From: Caldovatus sediminis
GTDB lineage: Bacteria; Pseudomonadota; Alphaproteobacteria; Acetobacterales; Acetobacteraceae
Direction: 5' to 3'
Assembly: GCF_014644455.1 (NCBI RefSeq)
Contig: NZ_BMKS01000004.1
Span: 425,032 to 449,031 of the forward strand
DNA: 24,000 nt
Of this stretch, positions 8,496 to 14,530 are shown in pieces (within the stretch, counting starts at the first letter, position 1; every line of letters begins with the position of its first letter). Position numbers and translations under genes: made by a program. A model generated the notes under the pieces. That model did no database searches and was not told the origin of the DNA. It worked only from the letters and a program-made list of their open reading frames with translations.

Positions 8496-9284
8496 ATGCC
8501 GTTCGCCACCTGGGACCCGGGCCAGCTCAGCGCCGTCACGCTGAGCAACGGCAACCTGACGGCGACCGCGAGCGGCGCCGGCGGCGTGCGCGGCCAGGGC
8601 ACCAACCGCAGCGGCAAGTGGTACTGGGAGATCACGCTGCCGACCTGGGCCAACGCCAACACCAGGGTCGGCGCCTGCACGGCGGCGGCGACGGTCGGCA
8701 GTTTCGGCGCCAGCACGCCGCCCGCCTTCGCCGTGACGGTGCGTCGCGACGGCGGCATCTATCTGGGGAGCGCGAGCACCGGCCTCTCGCTGGGGGCGCG
8801 GGCCAATGGCGACGTGATCGGCATCGCCCTCGACCTCGACGCCGGCAAGGTGTGGTTCCGCGCCGGGGCGAGCGGCAACTGGAACGGCTCGACCGCGCAC
8901 AACCCGGCCACCGGCCAGGGCGGGGTGTCGCTGGCGAGCCTCGGCTATGGCGGCGGGGCCAACTGGTATCCGATGGCGGGCTTCGGCGCCGCCAACGACC
9001 AGGCCGTGGCCAACTTCGGCGCCAGCGCATTGGTCGGCGCCGTGCCGGGCGGCTTCACCGCCGGCTGGACCACCGATACTGCCATCACCCACGCAGTGGC
9101 CAGCACCGCCGGCGCCGAGGTGTGGGCGCGCGATCCCGGCACGCTGCGGATGGATGCCGCCGGCGCCGAGGTGTGGTTCTTCAACCGCACCGAGATGCTG
9201 GTCACGGCGGCCGGCGCCGAGGTGTGGTTCGTCGGCTCCGCCGTCGCCCTCCGTCGTCGCCGTGTGGTCGCGCTCCTGCAGTAG
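8496..9284 (+). CDS. SPRY (B30.2-like) domain-containing phage tail protein with a C-terminal AGAEVW triple repeat
   Basis: GKWYWEITL...GDVIGIALDLDAGKVWFRAGASGNWNG...NWYPMAGFGAANDQAVANFGAS matches the SPRY hallmarks (G-x-YWEV, GDVIG-x-x-LD-x-x-x-G-x-x-x-F, terminal NFG). ATG is 3 nt after the upstream stop. Confidence 0.65.
   Translation: MPFATWDPGQLSAVTLSNGNLTATASGAGGVRGQGTNRSGKWYWEITLPTWANANTRVGACTAAATVGSFGASTPPAFAVTVRRDGGIYLGSASTGLSLGARANGDVIGIALDLDAGKVWFRAGASGNWNGSTAHNPATGQGGVSLASLGYGGGANWYPMAGFGAANDQAVANFGASALVGAVPGGFTAGWTTDTAITHAVASTAGAEVWARDPGTLRMDAAGAEVWFFNRTEMLVTAAGAEVWFVGSAVALRRRRVVALLQ
9108..9227 (+). repeat. Three perfect copies of gccggcgccgaggtgtgg at exactly 51-nt spacing (9108-9125, 9159-9176, 9210-9227)
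   Basis: Read directly from the sequence. The repeat is in frame and encodes AGAEVW every 17 residues at the C-terminus of the SPRY protein. Confidence 0.95.
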
Positions 9285-9293
9285 GGGCCCGCC

Positions 9294-9998
9294 ATGACGC
9301 CCGCCACCTGGCCCGTCGCCACCGCCCCCTTCGCCACCGCACCGGCCGGCGCGGCGGCCGCCCCCGGCCCCGAGCCGGGCGCCGGGCCAGAGACGCGCCT
9401 GCGCAGCGCCGAGGACGTCCTCGCCGAGCTGCTGGCGCTGCTGCCCTCGGGCTGGGCCTGGCCGCGCGAGGCCGACAGCGCGCTCGCCCGCCTGCTGCGG
9501 GGGGCGGCGGCGGAGATCGCCCGCATCGAGGCCGCCGCCGCGGCGCTGCTGGCGCAGGTGGACCTGCGGGCGGCGGACGCGCTGCTGCCGGACTACGAGC
9601 GGGTGCTCGGCCCCGACCCGTGCGGCCGCGACCTGCTCCTGACCGGCCTCGACGAACGCCGCCGCGCCGCGCACCAGCGCTGGACCGCCGGCGGGCTGCA
9701 GACGCCCGCCTACTTCGAGGCGATCGCGGCGCAGCTCGGCGTGCCGGAGGCCCGGGTCGAGGAGAGCCGCCCGTTCGTCTGCGGCGGCGCCGAGGCCGGC
9801 ATGGAGCTCGTCCCGCCCGCGGAGGTCTTCGTCTGGCGGATGCACCTGCCGCCGACGCGGGTGATCGAGTTCGAGGCCGGCGGCGCCGAAGCCGGCGCGC
9901 CGCTCGGCGAGATCGTGCCCGCGCTGGTGGAGTGCGTGATCCGCCGCCTCGCCCCCGCCCACACCACGCCCGTCTTCTCCTACCCGGAGGCTGCCTGA
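9294..9998 (+). CDS. Mu gp48/R-like tail protein (DUF2313 / YmfQ family)
   Basis: LLALLPSGWAWPREADSALARLL...LPDYERVLG...RRAAHQRWTAGGLQTPAYFEAIAAQLG...VFVWRMHLP is the typical DUF2313 pattern. There is a Pro/Ala-rich N-terminal leader of about 35 aa. Confidence 0.75.
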   Translation: MTPATWPVATAPFATAPAGAAAAPGPEPGAGPETRLRSAEDVLAELLALLPSGWAWPREADSALARLLRGAAAEIARIEAAAAALLAQVDLRAADALLPDYERVLGPDPCGRDLLLTGLDERRRAAHQRWTAGGLQTPAYFEAIAAQLGVPEARVEESRPFVCGGAEAGMELVPPAEVFVWRMHLPPTRVIEFEAGGAEAGAPLGEIVPALVECVIRRLAPAHTTPVFSYPEAA

Positions 9999-10561
9999 TG
10001 GACCGGATCAACGGCGCCAACACCGTGGACATCGGCGGGGGCCGCAGGGGCTTCCGCGACCGCAACCTCCTCGCCGGCCTCAGCGGGACGCAGGTCACCG
10101 CCGCGTTCCTGAACGGGCTGCAGGAGGAGGTGCTCGGCGTCATCGAGGGAGCGGGGCTGACGCCGAACGAGGCCAATTGGGGCCAGCTGCTGGCCGCGAT
10201 CCAGGGCCTGGTCGCGGCCGGTGCGGCGAGCGCGGTGGCCGCCGCCCTGAACACGCCGCAATTGCTCACCGCCGCCGGGTACAAGGTGTTCCCGGGCGGG
10301 CTGATCCTGCAGTGGGCGAGCACGGCGGTGCCGGACTGGGGCGCCGGCACCGGCGAGGCGGCGGGGACGCTCGCCTGGCCCATCGTCTTCCCCGCCGCCT
10401 GCCTGGCGGCCTTCGTCTCGCTGCAGGACGATGCTGCGAGTGAGGGGAAGTCCGTGGCGCGCGTGACGACCAAGACCGCGTCCGGGATCACGTGGCGGCT
10501 GCAAGAGTGGGCCGATAGCATCAATCCCACGACCCTATGGGCACTCGGGATCGGGGTTTAG
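9998..10561 (+). CDS. Short tail fibre protein (conserved fibre N-terminus plus gp53-like C-terminal domain)
   Basis: The ATG shares one base with the upstream TGA (ctgATGg). GTQVTAAFLNGLQEEVLGVIEGAGLTPNEANWGQLLAAI is a common fibre N-terminal motif. GYKVFPGGLILQWAS...WPIVFPAACLAAFVS resembles gp53-like C-terminal domains. The ORF-track start at 7400 is spurious. Confidence 0.6.
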   Translation: MDRINGANTVDIGGGRRGFRDRNLLAGLSGTQVTAAFLNGLQEEVLGVIEGAGLTPNEANWGQLLAAIQGLVAAGAASAVAAALNTPQLLTAAGYKVFPGGLILQWASTAVPDWGAGTGEAAGTLAWPIVFPAACLAAFVSLQDDAASEGKSVARVTTKTASGITWRLQEWADSINPTTLWALGIGV

Positions 10562-10572
10562 GGGGCAAGACG

Positions 10573-11055
10573 ATGGCTGTGCTCTTCTCTGCCGCGACCC
10601 GCGGCTTCTACGACCCGCAGCTGCATGCCCCGGCCAGCGTGCCGGAGGATGCGGTGCCGATCTCGCGCGAGGAGCATGCCGCCCTGCTCGCGGGGCAGGC
10701 CGCCGGCAAGCGCATCATCCCCGGGGCGGACGGGCGGCCGGAGCTCGCCGACCCGCCCGCGCCGCCGCCCCCGCCGCCGGTGCGCCGCCTCGCGCCGCTT
10801 GCCTTCCGCCGGCGCTTCCCGCCGGCTACGCGCGCCGCGATCACCCTCGCCGCCGCGCAGGCGCTGGCCGCCGGCGACCCGACGCTGCAGGTGTTCCTCG
10901 ACGACCTGGCCGCGAGCCGCTTCGTGGACCTCGACGCCCCGGAGACCCGGGCCGGGGTGGCGGCCATGGTCGCCGCCGGGCTCCTGACCGAGAGCGAGGC
11001 CGCGGCGGTGCTCGCCGACGGCACCCCGGACGAGGCCGCCGGCAGCCCGGCATGA
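10573..11055 (+). CDS. Tail fibre assembly / chaperone-like protein
   Basis: ATG at 10573 after GGGGG. The N-terminus FSAATRGFYDPQLHAPASVPEDAVPISREEHAALLAGQAAGKRIIPGADGRPEL is typical of phage fibre-assembly proteins. A poly-Pro linker is present, and the gene sits 3' of the fibre gene. Confidence 0.5.
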   Translation: MAVLFSAATRGFYDPQLHAPASVPEDAVPISREEHAALLAGQAAGKRIIPGADGRPELADPPAPPPPPPVRRLAPLAFRRRFPPATRAAITLAAAQALAAGDPTLQVFLDDLAASRFVDLDAPETRAGVAAMVAAGLLTESEAAAVLADGTPDEAAGSPA

Positions 11056-11082
11056 GCGCCTGGGACCTGGCGCGGCGCGGCG

Positions 11083-11172
11083 ATGGACCTCGCGCTCCGC
11101 TGGAAGGAGCGCGACCACGGTCGGCGGGCCTGGGAATGGCACGCCGCCCGCGGCCTGCTGCCGGGGGACTGA
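11083..11172 (+). CDS. Possible 29-aa small ORF (MDLALRWKERDHGRRAWEWHAARGLLPGD)
   Basis: It is below the ORF-track size cutoff. Third-position G/C is 26 of 28 codons with much lower second-position GC, which is a coding-like pattern. It is in the same frame as the chaperone-like gene, 9 codons after its TGA. Confidence 0.2.
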   Translation: MDLALRWKERDHGRRAWEWHAARGLLPGD

Positions 11173-11218
11173 TCGGCGGGCGCGTGCCGCCGGCCGGCCG
11201 TGTCAGCCGGTGGCAGGA

Positions 11219-11309
11219 CATTTGTCCTAACTAGGACTGGGAGAAATGTCCTAAATACCGCTTAGGAACACCCCCGCCAATTCCAAATCTGATGGCACGG
11301 CGTCCAAAT
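11219..11309. promoter_or_regulatory. Low-GC island with arrayed KTCCWAA / TTAGGA half-sites: candidate protein-binding array (prophage end or operator of the 11366 gene)
   Basis: GTCCTAA at 11224 and 11248, TTCCAAA at 11281, GTCCAAA at 11302. Inverted partners are TAGGAC at 11232-11237 (GTCCTA-ac-TAGGAC) and TTAGGAA at 11262-11268 (TCCTAA-N7-TTAGGA). Confidence 0.35.
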
Positions 11310-11365
11310 TCGCCTGTCACGCTACACCCTCCCCGGCGGCCCGGCGGGGCTGCTAGGGTGCCGCA

Positions 11366-12343
11366 ATGTCCTCCCCGCTCGGCACCCCCCGGGTGCGCCC
11401 GCCGCGCCTCGTCCCGCAGACCGGTCCGGCGCTCTGGCAGGCCGGCGAGCTGTCGCCTTCGGACTGGATGATCCCGCTCGGCCAGGAGGCGGAGGCGGAG
11501 CTGGACGCGGCGATCACCGCGCTCGGCGGCCGGCGTCCGGAGCGCGCGGCCGAGGTGCCGCTGCCGACCCTCTCCCCGGTGATCGCCGACCTCCGCGCGC
11601 GGCTCGAGCACGGGCGCGGCTTCGCCCTGCTGCGCGGCCTGCCCTTCGACCGCCACGGCACGGCCGGGGCGGAGGCGCTGCTGCTCGCGCTCGGCCTGCA
11701 CCTCGGCATCCCCCTGCCGCAGGATGCGGCGGAGCCCGGCGGCCCGGTGACGCATCTGGCGAGCGCGCCGATCGGGGGCGCGACGGCCGCGCCGTTCCAC
11801 GCCGATCCCTGCGACGCGGTGCTGCTGCTCTGCCTGCGCCAGCCTCCCGCCTCCGGCGCTTCGGCCCTGATCTCGGCCATGGCGGTGCACAACGCGCTGC
11901 TTAAGCGCGACCGCGCGGCGCTGGAAGCGCTGTACCAGCCGCTGCCGCATCGCGAGGCCGATGGCTCAGTGGCGGCGCGGCCGGTGTTCAGCGTGACGGG
12001 CGGGGCGTTCAGCGCACGCTACAACCGCGCCGCGATCGAGGACGCGGCAGCGACGCCGGGCGTTGCTCCGCTGGAGCCGGCGCAGCGCGCCGCGCTCGAC
12101 GCACTGGACGCGGCGTGCACCGATCCGGCGCTGGCGCTGCGCATGGAGACGCGGCCCGGCGACCTGCTCTGCTTCAATCCCCAGCTCGTCTGGAAGCGCC
12201 GTTCGCCGCCGGCGGCGGGCCCGGCGGAGGCGCCCGACCGCACCCGGGAGTTCCTCCGGCTGCGCCTGCTGACGGCCAACTCGCGCACCGCAGCCGCCGC
12301 GGCGGCCCCGTCGGTGCCGCCGCCTGCCCCTTGGCAGGGCTAG
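11366..12343 (+). CDS. TauD/TfdA-family (clavaminate-synthase-like) protein, apparently lacking the distal iron-binding His
   Basis: GRGFALLRGLPF..., FHADPCDAVLLLCLRQPPASGASALIS (HxD at 11798-11806) and RPGDLLCFNPQLVWKRRS...REFLRLRLL align with the family pattern PGD-x-x-x-x-NN-x-x-x-x-H-x-R...R-x-W. There is no His anywhere after PLPHREADG. Confidence 0.7.
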   Translation: MSSPLGTPRVRPPRLVPQTGPALWQAGELSPSDWMIPLGQEAEAELDAAITALGGRRPERAAEVPLPTLSPVIADLRARLEHGRGFALLRGLPFDRHGTAGAEALLLALGLHLGIPLPQDAAEPGGPVTHLASAPIGGATAAPFHADPCDAVLLLCLRQPPASGASALISAMAVHNALLKRDRAALEALYQPLPHREADGSVAARPVFSVTGGAFSARYNRAAIEDAAATPGVAPLEPAQRAALDALDAACTDPALALRMETRPGDLLCFNPQLVWKRRSPPAAGPAEAPDRTREFLRLRLLTANSRTAAAAAAPSVPPPAPWQG

Positions 12344-12523
12344 CGCGCCAGCCTACCCGCGATCGTCCCGGCCGCGGACCGCCAGCCGGACGCCAGGGTG
12401 TGGATCGTCGGCGTGAACGGGACCGGCTCCGAGGCGCCTGGGCGAGGACCGCCGGCAGGACGGGCGGGCATCAGCCGCTGCCCGCGGCGCGAGCGGCCGC
12501 GCCGCCCCTCCGGCACGGGAGCG

Positions 12524-12928
12524 TCAGGCGCGGGCGGCGGCCCGATCGGGCTGCGCGAGCGCCGCGAACAGCGCGGCGCGCACGGCGGACACGGCGCGGC
12601 TCGGGGCGCTGGCCTCGGCGGCCTGCGGCGGCTCGGCCGCGGCCACCGTCGCTTCGGTCTGTGGGGAGGGGCTCTCGACCGCAACGGACACCGTCGGCGG
12701 CGCGTCCGCGGACCCGGTCGGCGGGTCCATGGCGGCCGCCACCGGCAGGGCGGTTTCGGGCGACGCGGTGATCTCGTGCGACGGCGACCGCGGACTGGAC
12801 GGCTCGTCGCGGTAGAGCTCCAGCACCCGCCCCACCGCCGCAAGCCGGCGGAAGGTCGTGGTGGCGCGCAACTCGGCGCAGAGTCGCATCTCCTCGGCCC
12901 GGAGGGTGGCCAGGAGGTCGCTGCCCAT
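12524..12928 (-). CDS. Hypothetical small protein (N-terminal helix, Pro/Ala/Ser/Thr-rich disordered remainder)
   Basis: AAGGAG lies 6 nt upstream of the ATG at 12928. Third-position GC is near-uniformly high across all 134 codons. No family was recognised. Confidence 0.6.
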   Translation of the reverse strand: MGSDLLATLRAEEMRLCAELRATTTFRRLAAVGRVLELYRDEPSSPRSPSHEITASPETALPVAAAMDPPTGSADAPPTVSVAVESPSPQTEATVAAAEPPQAAEASAPSRAVSAVRAALFAALAQPDRAAARA

Positions 12929-12954
12929 AGCCGGCTCCTTCTAAACCAAGGGTG

Positions 12955-13005
12955 GAAACCTAACGAGAGATATATACCATTAGGAAGGTGATCCGACAAT
13001 CGGAT
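12955..13005. promoter_or_regulatory. Second low-GC island: CCTAA-N16-TTAGG dyad, TATATA, and perfect palindrome ATCCGA-caa-TCGGAT (12991-13005). Likely promoter/operator of the 12928 gene and/or the 3' end of the upstream operon
   Basis: Read directly from the sequence. ATACC-(2-3 nt)-TTAGGAA occurs here (12974-12986) and at 11255-11268. Confidence 0.25.
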
Positions 13006-13073
13006 TCCAGCGCTCCGGCCGCCGCCGCGCCCCTGCATCCCTTCCCGGACGCCGCGCGGCCGCCCGCTCCGGC

Positions 13074-14528
13074 TCAGAACGATCCGCCGGTCCTGAAGCC
13101 GCCGCCGCGGATGGTGCCGCCGGTGCGGAAGCCGCCCCGTCCGCCGAAGCTTCCGCCGCCCGTGCCGCCCGGCGAGGCGCCGCCGCCTTGCGGGATGCGG
13201 TGCTGGTCCATGCGGTCCCAGAAGCCGTCGCGGCTCAGCGCGCCGCGCAGCAGCTCGCTCAGCAGCATGCCGACCAGGGCGCCGTCGCCGAAGCTCCAGC
13301 GATCCTGGGCGTAGCCGCGCCGGCGCATCTCCTGGCGGATGGCGAGCAGCTCCTCGACCCGCCGCCGCGCGGCCTCGGCCTCGGTCCGCCGTTCGCCGAG
13401 GCGGCGTTCGACCTCCGCCCGCTCCGCCGCGGCGCGCTCCATGCGGGCGACCACCGCGTCGTCCTGCGGCGTCGGCGTGCGCGCGGCGGCCTCGCGCAGC
13501 TCGCGCACGCTGGCGTGGGCGAGGGCGGCCTCGAGCGCCGCGACGGCCCCGCGCGTGGCGGCGTCCTCGCCGGCGGTCAGCGCGGCGCGGCGGCGCTCGG
13601 TCTCCTCGAGCGCGGCGTGCGCGGCCTCCACCGCGTCCTCCGCGCGCTCGAGCGCCTGGCGCAGCGCCTCCGGCACCGTCGCGGCGCCCGCCGCCGCCGC
13701 GCGTTCGTATTCGGCGAGGTCGGCCGCCGCCGCCTCGGCGGCGTCGCGCATCCGCGCGGCGTGCTCGGCGAGGCGTTCGGGCAGCTCGGTCAGGAGCGCG
13801 TAGCTGCGCCGCGCGGACTCGTAGCGCGCGACGCGCGCGACCCAGCCGTCGAGCAGCCGCGCGATCGGGCCGGCGCGGTAGGCGGGCGTGCCGTAGCCGC
13901 GTCGCCAGAGGTAGAGGAAGAGCGGATCGGCCTCGTAGGGCCTGCCCTTCTCCTCGCGGTCGCGGCGCGCGAAGGCGGCCTTCCGGTCGGCGTGCCGGGC
14001 GACCTGCGCGGCCTCGATGGCCGCGTCGCGGCGGCGGCGCCATTCAGGGTCGGCGGCGGCAAGCCGCGCGCGCGTCTCCTCGAGCGCCCGCTCGGCCGCC
14101 GCCTCCGCCTCGTCCAGCCGCGCCGCCGCCCGGTCGCGCGCCGCGTTCGCCGCCAGCAGCGCGGCCTGGCGCTCGGCGAGCTCGGCCTCGAACGCGGTCC
14201 GGGCCTGCGTGCCCCGTTCGATCAGCGCGCGCGCCCTCCGCCCGGCCTCGTCGAGCCGTTCGAGCACCACGCCGCCGTCCGCGCCCCGCCGCAGGGCGTC
14301 GAGCCGCATCCGCGCGAGTTCGCGCAGCGCCTCGGCCTCCTCGCCGCGCAGCGCGTCGCGCCGGGCGGCGAGGCTGTCGGCTTCCTCCTGCACGGCCCGC
14401 GCCTCGCGCTCGGCGCGGGCGAGGCGCTCGTCCACGCCCTGCATGAGGTCGCCGCCGGTGAACGCGCCGTCGCCGCGGTCGGCGCCCCGTCGGCCGCCGC
14501 CACGGATCGCGCTGCCCCGCCAGTCCAT
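13074..14528 (-). CDS. Long coiled-coil protein with Gly/Arg/Phe-rich termini (gene C of the three-gene operon), function unknown
   Basis: ATG at 14528 lies 2 nt after the upstream stop (14531-14533). The protein is 484 aa: about 350 aa of Ala/Arg/Glu heptad-like sequence, an aromatic island KGRPYEADPLFLYLWRRGYGTPAYR, and a C-terminal GGGSFGGRGGFRTGGTIRGGGFRTGGSF. The ORF-track start at 15116 overlaps the upstream gene. Confidence 0.7.
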   Translation of the reverse strand: MDWRGSAIRGGGRRGADRGDGAFTGGDLMQGVDERLARAEREARAVQEEADSLAARRDALRGEEAEALRELARMRLDALRRGADGGVVLERLDEAGRRARALIERGTQARTAFEAELAERQAALLAANAARDRAAARLDEAEAAAERALEETRARLAAADPEWRRRRDAAIEAAQVARHADRKAAFARRDREEKGRPYEADPLFLYLWRRGYGTPAYRAGPIARLLDGWVARVARYESARRSYALLTELPERLAEHAARMRDAAEAAAADLAEYERAAAAGAATVPEALRQALERAEDAVEAAHAALEETERRRAALTAGEDAATRGAVAALEAALAHASVRELREAAARTPTPQDDAVVARMERAAAERAEVERRLGERRTEAEAARRRVEELLAIRQEMRRRGYAQDRWSFGDGALVGMLLSELLRGALSRDGFWDRMDQHRIPQGGGASPGGTGGGSFGGRGGFRTGGTIRGGGFRTGGSF

Positions 14529-14530
14529 CG

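Larger units (their letters stand above)
1..11172 (+). mobile_element. Partial prophage or phage-tail-like element: Mu-type tail tip/baseplate/fibre module (left boundary outside window, right boundary about 11.1-11.35 kb)
   Basis: Uninterrupted + strand run of genes in the Mu order Y-N-P-Q-V-W-(insert)-R-S-U. Start/stop overlaps occur at 2701/2704, 5138/5141 and 9996/10000. The run ends at a sharp GC drop near 11215. Confidence 0.7.

Noticed and set aside
6096-9962. 1288-aa minus-strand ORF spanning the tail-fibre region
   Set aside because: It is antisense to five well-supported + strand phage genes. Its translation is Arg/Gly/Ala/Pro-rich low complexity with no domain-like blocks, which is the typical shadow ORF of very high-GC DNA.
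6225-10561. Diversity-generating retroelement (template/variable repeat pair) or invertible G-segment-like shufflon in the fibre region
   Set aside because: No reverse transcriptase or invertase gene is in the window. I found no pair of roughly 100-bp adenine-mismatched repeats or long inverted repeats. All fibre-region genes are co-oriented.
11186-11220. Short hairpin (CCGGC-N7-GCCGG) followed by CATTTGT, a possible terminator of the phage late operon
   Set aside because: The stem is only 5-6 bp including a wobble pair, and the T-run is interrupted. It is indistinguishable from chance GC-rich pairing.
11052-11234. 60-aa ORF with an ATGA overlap to the chaperone-like gene
   Set aside because: Its third-position GC (roughly three quarters) is well below that of real genes here, and an alternative frame (11083-11172) carries the coding-like signal. 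The ORF also runs into the low-GC motif array.
11265-11295. GGAAC at 11265-11269 as the -35 element of an EcfG/ECF-type promoter (GGAAC-N16-17-CGTT)
   Set aside because: No CGTT is present at the required spacing downstream.
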